A stretch of DNA of 64,000 nt from assembly GCA_013697915.1 (NCBI GenBank), contig JACCVY010000196.1:1935-65934 (forward strand), in the 5' to 3' direction. This DNA is from Blastocatellia bacterium (lineage in GTDB: Bacteria > Acidobacteriota > Blastocatellia > Pyrinomonadales > Pyrinomonadaceae). This document shows positions 20,253 to 29,132 of the stretch, piece after piece; the stretch's first letter is position 1, and every line of letters begins with the position of its first letter. The position numbers and the translations under genes were made by a program. Below the pieces are notes generated by a model, which saw only the letters and a list, made by a program, of their open reading frames with translations, did no database searches and was not told the origin of the DNA.

Positions 20253-21179
20253 ATGTCCACCGAAATCCCTAATCCGAAAATCCGGCCGAGTGTTGTTGGT
20301 CACAACTCAGCAGACATTGGACCTTGGACATTGGACGTTGGACGCCTTCCCGAACCCACGCCTGAAGAATTCAACGTTTTATCATCATTCGAACGATTCT
20401 CATTTCATCTCGTTCGCCGCATGAACCAGGGAAACTGGAAACGATTTTGGACCTGGTGTCAGAAAGTCTTTGGAGCAGGCTGGATTCATTTTGCTACTTA
20501 CAACCTGATGCGCGTTTACGGTTTGGAGAATGTTCACGCACTCTCTCCCGAACGTCCCATCCTGCTCGTCGCCAATCATCGCTCTTTTTTCGACATGTAT
20601 ACCGTGTCAACGGTACTGTTCCGCAACACCAAGTGGCGCAAACAACTTTTCTTTCCGGTGCGCGGGCGCTTCTTCTATCAGGGACCGTTGGGGTTGTTTG
20701 TAAATATGGTGATGGGCTGGTGGTCGATGTATCCGCCCTTCTTTGCATCCGGCGAAAGGCCGTTGCTTGAAAAACGCGGCTTCGATAAATACTCGTTCGC
20801 GCTGCTGACCAGTCTTTGCCATGAAGGTGCGGGGAATGTTATCGGCTTTCACCCCGAGGGCACGCGCAATAAAAGTTCCGATCCCTATTCGTTTCTTCCG
20901 GCGCAGCCCGGCGTCGGCAAATTGATCAAAGACGCTGCGCCGCAAGTCATCCCAGTATTCATTGCCGGACTGGGAAACGATTTGCCAAAGCAGGTGCTGG
21001 GTAACTGGACTGGCGGGGGAAAAATTCGTATTCACTTTGGACCGCAACTCGATCTGACGGACTACTTGTCGCGGAAAGACCAGGCGAGAACGTACCTGGA
21101 GATTTCCAAATTCGCGATGAGCAAGATTGCGGAGCTGGGCGAACAGGATCGTCGGTTGAACTCTAGTGACAAGCATTAA
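20253..21179 (+). CDS. lysophospholipid (1-acyl-sn-glycerol-3-phosphate) acyltransferase family protein
   Basis: HRSFFD (HX4D) and GFHPEGTRNK motifs. The start is uncertain because the first ~30 codons cover a ttggac stutter tract (20315-20346). Confidence 0.8.
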   Translation: MSTEIPNPKIRPSVVGHNSADIGPWTLDVGRLPEPTPEEFNVLSSFERFSFHLVRRMNQGNWKRFWTWCQKVFGAGWIHFATYNLMRVYGLENVHALSPERPILLVANHRSFFDMYTVSTVLFRNTKWRKQLFFPVRGRFFYQGPLGLFVNMVMGWWSMYPPFFASGERPLLEKRGFDKYSFALLTSLCHEGAGNVIGFHPEGTRNKSSDPYSFLPAQPGVGKLIKDAAPQVIPVFIAGLGNDLPKQVLGNWTGGGKIRIHFGPQLDLTDYLSRKDQARTYLEISKFAMSKIAELGEQDRRLNSSDKH

Positions 21180-21320
21180 GAGCGGGGGCAAGCCCACCTC
21201 CTGACCCAGAGCCGATCATAGTTGAGTTTTCTTAATGCGTGATGGAAAGTCTTTCAAGAAGAAATCAAGCAAGCGAGTAAAGGGTCTCACAGGTCGGGAA
21301 GGGCAGCTTGCCCCCGCTCT
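21179..21320. repeat. inverted-repeat element, copy A of a two-copy family
   Basis: agagcgggggcaagc (21179-21193) is a perfect reverse complement of gcttgcccccgctct (21306-21320). The internal aagcaagcgag...caggtcgggaagggcagcttgcccc recurs at 24198-24256. Confidence 0.65.
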
Positions 21321-21332
21321 TGGTACAGAAAA

Positions 21333-22283
21333 ATGCCCGTTCCACTTGTAATTATTAATCCTGAATCGGCAGGAGGCGCGACTCGCAAAGCCTGGCCGAA
21401 GATCGCCAGCGAGTTACGGACTCACTTTGGCGCTTTCCATCCCGTTTTTACCAGCAAACGAGCTGAAGCAATCGAGATTGCCGCTGAGGCTGCGCGAAAG
21501 GGAACGAAGTTGATCATCGCTTGCGGGGGCGATGGCACGATTTCGGAAGTCGCCAACGGAATCCTCGCTTCCGGACGGGATGCGGAACTGGGAATTCTTC
21601 CAAGCGGCACTGGCGGCGATTTTCGGCGCAGCCTTGATATTCCGGCGCGGACACGAGAAGCAGCCATAATTTTGCGCGATGGCCAGACGCGCCACATTGA
21701 CGTGGGTCGCGCGTCCTACGCAACGGACGCAGTCGAAGACGAGACGCGTTACTTTCTTGGGGTCGCATCCTTTGGAATGAGTGCCGATGTTATCGCGCGC
21801 GTAAAAGCCGGGCAGCCCGAGTGGCTGCCGGCGAAAGCGCCGCGTTGGCTAAGCGGGCGCGTTTCTTTCGGCGCGGCCATGCTGCAAAGCGCTGCCCGAA
21901 TGAAACCAACGCGAGTATTGGTTCAGCTTGACGACAAATCAGCACAACGCACCACGGTCGCAAATCTGTGTATAGCGAATGCCAGGTACTTCGGCGGCGG
22001 GATGAAGATAGCGCCCAATGCAAAACTTGCAGACGGAAAGTTTGACATAGTTAGTATCGGTGACCTCGGTTTCACACGCATACTTTCTAATGCACCGCGA
22101 TTATATTTTGGTGCGCATTTGAGTATGTCTGAAGTTCAACATGCGCTGGCTGCCAAAATTACGGCCAGTCCAATTGATAAAAATCAGCGCATTAGGCTTG
22201 ATCTTGACGGGGAACTTCCGGGATTTCTTCCTGCGACTTTTCAGATCGTTCCCAGCGCATTGCGCATCCGTTGTCCCCGCTAG
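21333..22283 (+). CDS. diacylglycerol/lipid kinase family protein (YegS/BmrU-like)
   Basis: 316 aa with the GGDGT motif and the DAGK catalytic-domain layout. Confidence 0.85.
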   Translation: MPVPLVIINPESAGGATRKAWPKIASELRTHFGAFHPVFTSKRAEAIEIAAEAARKGTKLIIACGGDGTISEVANGILASGRDAELGILPSGTGGDFRRSLDIPARTREAAIILRDGQTRHIDVGRASYATDAVEDETRYFLGVASFGMSADVIARVKAGQPEWLPAKAPRWLSGRVSFGAAMLQSAARMKPTRVLVQLDDKSAQRTTVANLCIANARYFGGGMKIAPNAKLADGKFDIVSIGDLGFTRILSNAPRLYFGAHLSMSEVQHALAAKITASPIDKNQRIRLDLDGELPGFLPATFQIVPSALRIRCPR

Positions 22284-22307
22284 GCTGCGCGCAAATCAGA
22301 AAACTTC

Positions 22308-22337
22308 TTGCCAGTAATTCGCAAAACAGGTTATAAA
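22308..22337 (+). promoter_or_regulatory. candidate sigma70 promoter of the respiratory cluster
   Basis: TTGCCA (22308-22313), a 17-18 nt spacer, then TTATAAAT (22331-22338). Confidence 0.4.
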
Positions 22338-22510
22338 TACGCACCGCGCCCCGATTCATAAGATATTATTTGGCACGGGTTCTTCATGTATAGACGAATA
22401 TCGTTTTCATGCGCAGAGGGTGATCCCTGCACGGCGGGGAATTGTATACTTCACTCTGCGACTGCGGTTGAAGTGTATCTTCGGAACTCAAATGACGGAG
22501 GTCGAGCGTA

Positions 22511-23176
22511 GTGGATACCGGAAATGATCCGCAATCATCCGGGGGCGAAGTGCCGAGCACGCCCATTGCCCAGGCGCCGGCAGGCGCTGGGCCCGCTGCG
22601 CCTGGACCACCTGCCGCAGCCGCACCGCCTGCTCGCGCGGTTACGGCTAGTGCCGCAAAGCCGGTTGGCGCCGTTGTTGAAAGCACGCCTGATCCTCCGG
22701 TGAACAAAATGCGCCGCCGCATTGTTTGGGCAAGCATCGTCGGATTTCTAACTACGTGCTTTCTAATGTTTCTGCGATTCTTCCTGCCGCGCTCGATTCT
22801 TGAACCCTCCAGCAAGTTTTCCGTTGGCTTTCCTTCGGACTATGCGCTGGGAGTAGATACCAAGTGGCAACAGCAGTATCGCATCTGGGTGGATAAGACT
22901 TCTGATCGGATTTTTGTAATCTATGCGCGCTGCACGCATCTCGGTTGCACACCCGATTGGAAGGCCAGCGAGAATAAGTTCAAGTGTCCGTGCCACGGCA
23001 GCGGCTACGACAGTGAGGGCATCAACTTCGAAGGGCCCGCGCCGCGACCAATGGACCGCGCCTCTGTCGAACTGGACGCTGAAGGACAAATCGTGGTGGA
23101 CGTGGGCAAGCTGCATTCGTGGCCCAAAGGCGGAACCAACCAATTCAATGATAAGGACGCCTACATCCCGTTGTAA
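22511..23176 (+). CDS. Rieske 2Fe-2S subunit of a cytochrome bc-type complex
   Basis: CTHLGC and CPCHGS boxes. A GTG start lies 9 nt after GGAGG. A Pro/Ala-rich N-terminus precedes the MRRR twin-arginine-like TM anchor. Confidence 0.9.
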   Translation: MDTGNDPQSSGGEVPSTPIAQAPAGAGPAAPGPPAAAAPPARAVTASAAKPVGAVVESTPDPPVNKMRRRIVWASIVGFLTTCFLMFLRFFLPRSILEPSSKFSVGFPSDYALGVDTKWQQQYRIWVDKTSDRIFVIYARCTHLGCTPDWKASENKFKCPCHGSGYDSEGINFEGPAPRPMDRASVELDAEGQIVVDVGKLHSWPKGGTNQFNDKDAYIPL

Positions 23177-23202
23177 TTCTGTTTCCAAACTTTAAGAGGA
23201 CT

Positions 23203-24129
23203 ATGGACGAAAAGCCCGAACAGAAAGAAACGAAGCAGCTAACCGGCGACGAAAAAGCCGGCGCTGGTCTCGTGGAAAAAATGAAAGAGGGGGGCACCGC
23301 GCTCAAGCAACGGGCCATCGAAGAGGCCAAGGGCTATAAGGACGTCCAGGATACTCAAATCTGGAAATCGATCTTTCGCGTGTCGCATGATCGTTCCGAT
23401 CCGCGCAACCGTTCGCTGGCCGTACTCTCGAATGTCTTCCTGCATCTTCATCCGGCAAAGATTAATCGGGACGCGGTTCGCTACCGGTACACCTGGGGAA
23501 TGGGCGGCATCACTTTTTATTTGTTCATCGTGCTGACCTTCACCGGCGTGTTATTGATGTTCTATTACCACCCCACCAAGGTCGACGCGTTTCGCGACAT
23601 TCTTTATCTCGAGCATGACGTGCCCTTCGGCAAACTGCTGCGCAACATGCATCGCTGGGCCGCGCACTTGATGGTGATTACTACCTGGCTGCATATGTTT
23701 CGGGTAGTGCTGACTGGATCGTATAAGCGACCGCGCGAGTTTAACTGGGGCGTCGGCGTGGTGTTGCTTGTTTTGACGCTACTGCTTTCGTTTACCGGAT
23801 ACTTGTTGCCGGACGATCAACTTGGTTTCTGGGCGGTAACCGTCGGCACAAATATGGCGCGCGCAACGCCGATGCTTGGTTCGGAGGGACCATTCGGAGT
23901 GCAGCTGGGCATGACACCATTTAACGATGTGCGATTTGGGCTGCTGGGCGGATCGATAGTTGACTCGAATGCTCTACTGCGTTCCTACATCTGGCACTGC
24001 ATTGGCATTCCGCTGGTCGCATCGATTTTTATGGCGGTGCATTTCTGGCGAATTAGGAAAGACGGCGGCATCTCCGGGCCCGCGCCCGTGATGCTTGAGT
24101 CAGAAATGAAAGCGATAAAGAAGAAGTGA
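23203..24129 (+). CDS. cytochrome b, N-terminal (b6-like) subunit
   Basis: 308 aa with a four-helix core carrying conserved His (HRWAAHLMV...). This is a split cytochrome b arrangement. Confidence 0.9.
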   Translation: MDEKPEQKETKQLTGDEKAGAGLVEKMKEGGTALKQRAIEEAKGYKDVQDTQIWKSIFRVSHDRSDPRNRSLAVLSNVFLHLHPAKINRDAVRYRYTWGMGGITFYLFIVLTFTGVLLMFYYHPTKVDAFRDILYLEHDVPFGKLLRNMHRWAAHLMVITTWLHMFRVVLTGSYKRPREFNWGVGVVLLVLTLLLSFTGYLLPDDQLGFWAVTVGTNMARATPMLGSEGPFGVQLGMTPFNDVRFGLLGGSIVDSNALLRSYIWHCIGIPLVASIFMAVHFWRIRKDGGISGPAPVMLESEMKAIKKK

Positions 24130-24197
24130 AGTCTGGTCAGAACCGGAAGCGTTGGCGGCCGATGGCTAACCCAGGCAGTTCAGACTAAAGAGGCACA

Positions 24198-24307
24198 AAG
24201 CAAGCGAGAATGATTCAAGAAAGAAAAGCTCCAGGTCGGGAAGGGCGGCTTGCCCCGCCTGAATTGAACGGCATTCAAGGAGCGGGGGTAAACCACCCTT
24301 CCCAACC
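24198..24307. repeat. inverted-repeat element, copy B of the 21179 family
   Basis: aaagcaagcgag...caggtcgggaagggcggcttgcccc pairs with ggagcgggggtaaaccacccttcccaacc (24279-24307). Differences are mostly transitions, plus one single-nucleotide indel. It lies between the two halves of split cytochrome b. Confidence 0.6.
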
Positions 24308-24344
24308 ACGAGGTTACGAATCTCGGGTGGTTAATTTTTAATTA

Positions 24345-25448
24345 ATGGCAGGTCGGTTCAATCTCAGCAAAGGTAAGTTAATCGGGCTCGGCGTGGTTGT
24401 CGTCCTGGTGCTGCTTGCTGTCTTCTTTGTCGAAGACTGGCAGCAGCTTTGGACCATCTCGTCGGCGCCCGACAACATCCCCATCGTTGCGATGTTGTTT
24501 CTGGTGCCATTTTTTACCTGGCTCGGTATCAAGCAGTCGCGGGCCAACGATCGTTTGATCGTGGCGCTCGAGCAGGATCCGAAACTTGCAAAAACGAGCC
24601 ATCGTAAAGCGGAACCTTGGAGACCGGGTTGGGCCAAAGAAATCCACGTCTGGCCCTACCTTGTGCGTATTGAGTTTCTGGCGGCGGTGATTGTTACCGT
24701 CGTCCTTTTTGTGTGGTCCATAGTTCTAAACGCGCCGTTGGAAGAACCCGCCAATCCAAATTTGACGATGAATCCTTCGAAGGCGCCGTGGTATTTCCTG
24801 GGCTTGCAGGAGATGCTGGTGTATTTCGATCCCTGGATTGCCGGCGTAGTCATGCCGTCGATCATCATGATTGGGTTGATGGTTTTTCCCTACGTCGATT
24901 CCAATCCGCTCGGGAACGGTTACTACACGCTCAAGCAACGCCGCTTTGCCGTCGGCATGTTTTGCTGGGGCTTCCTGATGTGGATTCTCCTGATTGTGAT
25001 CGGGACTTTTATCAGGGGGCCAGGCTGGATCTGGTTCTGGCCGGGCCAGACCTGGGATCACAACGCGGTCGTGTTCGACAAGAACGTAGACCTGCACGAC
25101 TGGATTGCAACCAGCCGCATCGGCAAGGCGCTGCACCTGGGGTTTTTGTCAGCGAATCCGTTTAAGTTTATCTTCGGCTTACTAGTGGTGGGTGGCTTCT
25201 ATATTTTGGGCGCGCTGTTTTTCCATTGGCTGATGACCGTGGATTTCAAGAAGCTGTCGCTGCGTCCGCTGCGTTTGTTTCCGCAGGATGCGTTTGAGAA
25301 AAAGCTTTTGGCCAGAACCAGTCTGCTGCAATACCTGACGTTCCAATTTTTCGCGGTCAGCGTTTTGTTGGCCATGCCAGTGAAACTAATACTGCGGTTG
25401 GCATTGACGATTAAGTACGTTTGGGTTACGCCATGGTTCAACATTTGA
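24345..25448 (+). CDS. cytochrome b C-terminal / subunit IV-like protein with extra N- and C-terminal TM helices
   Basis: 367 aa with KAPWYFLGLQEML (PEWY-type motif). This is roughly twice the length of a canonical subunit IV. Confidence 0.8.
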   Translation: MAGRFNLSKGKLIGLGVVVVLVLLAVFFVEDWQQLWTISSAPDNIPIVAMLFLVPFFTWLGIKQSRANDRLIVALEQDPKLAKTSHRKAEPWRPGWAKEIHVWPYLVRIEFLAAVIVTVVLFVWSIVLNAPLEEPANPNLTMNPSKAPWYFLGLQEMLVYFDPWIAGVVMPSIIMIGLMVFPYVDSNPLGNGYYTLKQRRFAVGMFCWGFLMWILLIVIGTFIRGPGWIWFWPGQTWDHNAVVFDKNVDLHDWIATSRIGKALHLGFLSANPFKFIFGLLVVGGFYILGALFFHWLMTVDFKKLSLRPLRLFPQDAFEKKLLARTSLLQYLTFQFFAVSVLLAMPVKLILRLALTIKYVWVTPWFNI

Positions 25449-25456
25449 AGAAAACC

Positions 25457-25511
25457 GTGGCACAGACTTCAGTCTGTGGTAATTGAAGACACAGACTAAG
25501 GTCTGTGCCAC
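25457..25511 (+). repeat. double stem-loop repeat (cacagac...gtctgtgccac), copy 1
   Basis: The layout is gtggcacagac-ttca-gtctgtg-(11 nt)-cacagac-taag-gtctgtgccac. The outer 11-mers are exact reverse complements of each other. Confidence 0.7.
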
Positions 25512-25594
25512 TTAGTAGAACACGGCGAGGGGAGACGCGTTTAGTGGTCGATGGTCCCGAAAGCACCGAGTCGTTGGTGAAAAAAGAGCCGGAC

Positions 25595-28500
25595 ATGCCG
25601 GCAAAGGATCCGATCGTCAGCCGTTCGACGAGCGGTATCATGCTCGTTTGCGCACTGCTGCTCACGTTCTCGCTTGCCTGGTCCCTCTACGACGAAGCAA
25701 TCGGTCAGCGTCCCTGGAAGGGAATGCAGCGTGAGTTTGTCAGCCGCTACACTCGTTATCTGAAAAGTATTAAGCCGCAGGCCGGCAAGACCGAGGCAGA
25801 AGTAAAAGAAGATCCGGAATATCAAAAGCTGGATGACGAGGCCAAGGCTGCGATCGAGGCCGTCGCGCCGCAAACAAAAGAGATCGACCAGCAGGTCGCA
25901 CAGATACAAGCCAAGCTCGATGCCGTAACCGATCCTTTTCAGAACCAGCGCGGTCGTCTGAGCATCAAAAATTACAACATTGAAACTGCACCACCCTCGA
26001 AAAAAGACAAGTACCGCCGGCAAGCTGACGAGGTAAGAGCGGAGTTCGTGGAAGTGGACTTACCGCCTGCTGATGGCTCGGGCCGCACCACGAGCCAACG
26101 AATGAACTTCGAGCAGCTCGAAAGGCTTTACAACGACCAGCGAAATGAGAAAGCTCGGCTGCTTGGTCAAAAAGCAGAACTGCTGAAAGAACCGACGGAG
26201 CTGGCCCGCAAGCGTGACGACTATCTGAAGCATCACATGCCCGGGTTAGGCGCGAGTCAGATCGACGGCCTGATTCGCAAAACGGAAAAGTTTGATTACT
26301 CGATCCTGCCGCACCAGATCAGTGTCAACCAATTCAACATCGTCGACCGTTGCGAAGTTTGCCATGTGGGCATTCGCGAGCCGCTCGACATCCGGCCGGA
26401 AGATTTGGCTCCGGGCGGACCGGGAAAGAAACCCGACAATCTGGCGCGCGCGTTCGTCAGTCATCCCAACAAAGAGCTGCTGCAGATTCATAACCCGGAT
26501 CGGTTTGGTTGTTCGAGTTGTCACTGGGGCAACGGCCGCGCAACCACTAGCGAGCTGAAGAGTCACGGACAAAATAAATTCTGGCTGTGGCCGATGTTTG
26601 AGAAAGAAAATACCGAGGCCGGCTGCCAGCAATGTCACGCGAAGGATCGCGTGACGCAGGGCGCCGATACGTTGAATCTCGGGCGCGACCTTTTCTATCA
26701 ACGCGGCTGTATGGGTTGTCATCGTTATGAAGGTTTCGATCGCGAGGCTGATAACCTGGGTACCACGCGTCAAAGCATAAGCCAGCTCGAGGATCAAATC
26801 GCCGCCAACCAAAAACAGATTCGCATTGACGAGAGTCCGCCTGAAGGAACCAGCGACGACGATGCGCACAAGATGCTGGCTGAATCGGAAGCGTTGAAAG
26901 TCACCAACAGCATTTTGGCCGCGCGCATCGATCAGTTGAACCTGCAGTCGAAATATTTGATGCAGGATCAGAAGAAGGTTGGACCAAACCTGAAAGACGT
27001 GCGCCTGAAACTGCGCAAGGAGTGGGTTCCGGTTTGGCTTTCGGATCCGCAGGCTTTTCGTCCCGGCACCAAGATGCCCACCTTCTGGCGCTTCGCTAAT
27101 CCTAGCGGCCATGGGCCGCCGATGCGTGATAAAGATGGTCAGGATCAAATCAACGCCATTGCCGCGTATCTATGGCAGGACGGTTTTGATGGCAAGTTGC
27201 CCGAGCAGCAGCGCGGCAATGCCGGCCACGGTAAAGAGCTTTTTGAATCAAAAGGTTGTCTGGCCTGCCACTCGATCGGTGACGAAGAGAACAAGCTGGG
27301 CGGCACGTTTGCCGCGAACCTGCAAAAGGTTGGCGAGAAGGCAAACTTCAATTACATCGTCCGCTGGATTCACAATCCGCGAGAACGCTTTGCTCCTTAT
27401 TGTCCGAAAGAGAAACGCGATTTGACTGCGGACGATTATGCGAAGCACAACCTGCCTTACGTCTTCGATACCGAGCTGCACTCTCGTTGTCCAAACGACG
27501 GCGCCGAGCTCCAGGTGCAGAACATGACGGTCATGCCCAACTTCCGGTTGACGGAAACGGACGCGCGGGACATTGCCACTTATCTTTTCTCGTTATCGTC
27601 GCCGCCCCAGTATGCGGACGCTTCGTTCATGGACAGTCCGGAGTTGAGAGAAAAAGGACGAGTGCTGATCAAGCAGTATGGCTGCGCCGGTTGTCATGAG
27701 ATCAAAGGCTTTGAGGACGAACAAAGAATTGGCAAGGAACTAACGGTTGAAGGCGCCACGCCTATCGAGCGTCTCGATTTTGCTTTGCATACGAAGCACG
27801 CCGAAGAGGGAATCGACCCGCTTGGCCTGCACCCGGAAGAGAAAGAAAAACCCTGGTACAACCATAAGGGATTTTTCGAACATAAGATTACCCAGCCATC
27901 TATCTACGATGAAGGGAAAGAAAAGGATCCCAAGGATCGTCTGCGCATGCCGCAACCGTTCCTGACGCCGGAGTGGCGCAATGCGTTGACCACTTTTCTG
28001 CTTGGCAGCGTGGGTTCGGAAGGCGCCAACGTGCCGTCGTCGCTCTTCTACAATCCGGAGGACCAGCGGCGCCAGGACATTCAAAATGGTTGGTGGGTAA
28101 TCAAGAAATATAACTGCGTCGGGTGTCACCAGGTGCAGGTGGGCCAGCGTTCAGTCGTAATGGATTTGCCTTTCTATCAAACGCCTGAAGGCAAAGATTT
28201 GCTGCCGCCACGATTATCGAGTGAAGGCGCGCGCGTCGATCCGAACTGGCTGTTAAAGTTTCTTCATGATCCATCGTTGAGTGGCGAGAAAACGCCGGAA
28301 CAAGCCGCGGCGATTGATAACGCAGCCCGCGCAACACCGGCGCCGAGCGCGTCTCCAGCCGGATCGCCAAAGCCGGCAACGGCGCAAGCGGCGCAGACGT
28401 CTGGACACTTGAAGCCGCAGCCCGGTCTCGATCGTAACGGCGTGCGTCCATATCTTAAGTTCCGCATGCCGACGTTTAATTTCTCGCCCAACGAATTGCA

Positions 28501-29092
28501 AACGCTGGTGCGTTTCTTCATGGCCATGTCGGGTCAGCTGGAGCCGTACATCAAAGAGCCGATGGCGCCGTTAACTGAACAGGAAAAGCTTGTCGCGCGA
28601 CAAATGTTCACCTCCGGCACGCCTTGTTTGAAGTGCCACATCACTGGCGAGCCTGCTCATGACGCGCAGGCAATCGCGCCAAACTTCCTGCTGGCGGGCG
28701 AACGCCTGAAGCCGGAATGGACTTTCCGCTGGCTGTTGGATCCATCGCAGATCAGCCCGGGCACAGCGATGCCGACCGGCCTATTTAGAAAAGAAGAAGA
28801 GCGTTGGGTAATCAATCTGCCGAATCCGCCGGCCAGTGCGACCGCCTACCACGACGACCACGCGCGGTTGTTGGTGCGTTATATGTTTCTCATGACGCCT
28901 GATGAACAGCGAAAGCTGCTGGCGACTGCGCCCGCGGCACCCACTACAGCGGCGCAACCGGCACAAAAGGCTCAAAACAAAATGAAGCGGAAGGGCAGCG
29001 AGACTGCGCTGCATAAATTGCGGCGATCAAAACGCAGTCCGCTTGCATTCAATCGAAGCGTTCGCGCAAATGCGAGAGCGCCCGGAATGTAA
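25595..29092 (+). CDS. membrane-anchored octahaem c-type cytochrome
   Basis: Eight CXXCH motifs: CEVCH, CSSCH, CQQCH, CMGCH, CLACH, CAGCH, CVGCH and CLKCH. It has an N-terminal TM helix and then a charged helical region. The track start at 25505 lies inside the repeat, so I prefer ATG 25595 (MPAKDP). Confidence 0.85.
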   Translation: MPAKDPIVSRSTSGIMLVCALLLTFSLAWSLYDEAIGQRPWKGMQREFVSRYTRYLKSIKPQAGKTEAEVKEDPEYQKLDDEAKAAIEAVAPQTKEIDQQVAQIQAKLDAVTDPFQNQRGRLSIKNYNIETAPPSKKDKYRRQADEVRAEFVEVDLPPADGSGRTTSQRMNFEQLERLYNDQRNEKARLLGQKAELLKEPTELARKRDDYLKHHMPGLGASQIDGLIRKTEKFDYSILPHQISVNQFNIVDRCEVCHVGIREPLDIRPEDLAPGGPGKKPDNLARAFVSHPNKELLQIHNPDRFGCSSCHWGNGRATTSELKSHGQNKFWLWPMFEKENTEAGCQQCHAKDRVTQGADTLNLGRDLFYQRGCMGCHRYEGFDREADNLGTTRQSISQLEDQIAANQKQIRIDESPPEGTSDDDAHKMLAESEALKVTNSILAARIDQLNLQSKYLMQDQKKVGPNLKDVRLKLRKEWVPVWLSDPQAFRPGTKMPTFWRFANPSGHGPPMRDKDGQDQINAIAAYLWQDGFDGKLPEQQRGNAGHGKELFESKGCLACHSIGDEENKLGGTFAANLQKVGEKANFNYIVRWIHNPRERFAPYCPKEKRDLTADDYAKHNLPYVFDTELHSRCPNDGAELQVQNMTVMPNFRLTETDARDIATYLFSLSSPPQYADASFMDSPELREKGRVLIKQYGCAGCHEIKGFEDEQRIGKELTVEGATPIERLDFALHTKHAEEGIDPLGLHPEEKEKPWYNHKGFFEHKITQPSIYDEGKEKDPKDRLRMPQPFLTPEWRNALTTFLLGSVGSEGANVPSSLFYNPEDQRRQDIQNGWWVIKKYNCVGCHQVQVGQRSVVMDLPFYQTPEGKDLLPPRLSSEGARVDPNWLLKFLHDPSLSGEKTPEQAAAIDNAARATPAPSASPAGSPKPATAQAAQTSGHLKPQPGLDRNGVRPYLKFRMPTFNFSPNELQTLVRFFMAMSGQLEPYIKEPMAPLTEQEKLVARQMFTSGTPCLKCHITGEPAHDAQAIAPNFLLAGERLKPEWTFRWLLDPSQISPGTAMPTGLFRKEEERWVINLPNPPASATAYHDDHARLLVRYMFLMTPDEQRKLLATAPAAPTTAAQPAQKAQNKMKRKGSETALHKLRRSKRSPLAFNRSVRANARAPGM

Positions 29093-29132
29093 TGTCTTCG
29101 AAGGGGCGTAGGTAGAATCCTAATTTCAGTTT

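Noticed and set aside
22371-22386. Possible sigma54 promoter tggcac-gggtt-cttca upstream of the Rieske gene
   Set aside because: The -24 TGGCAC is present, but the -12 element lacks the conserved TTGC/GC (it reads cttca). No enhancer-binding-protein gene lies nearby.
26246-27148. 300-aa minus-strand ORF inside the octahaem cytochrome gene
   Set aside because: It is a shadow ORF opposite a motif-rich coding frame with eight CXXCH motifs. Its composition is Arg/Ala-rich, which is typical of antisense frames in GC-rich genes.
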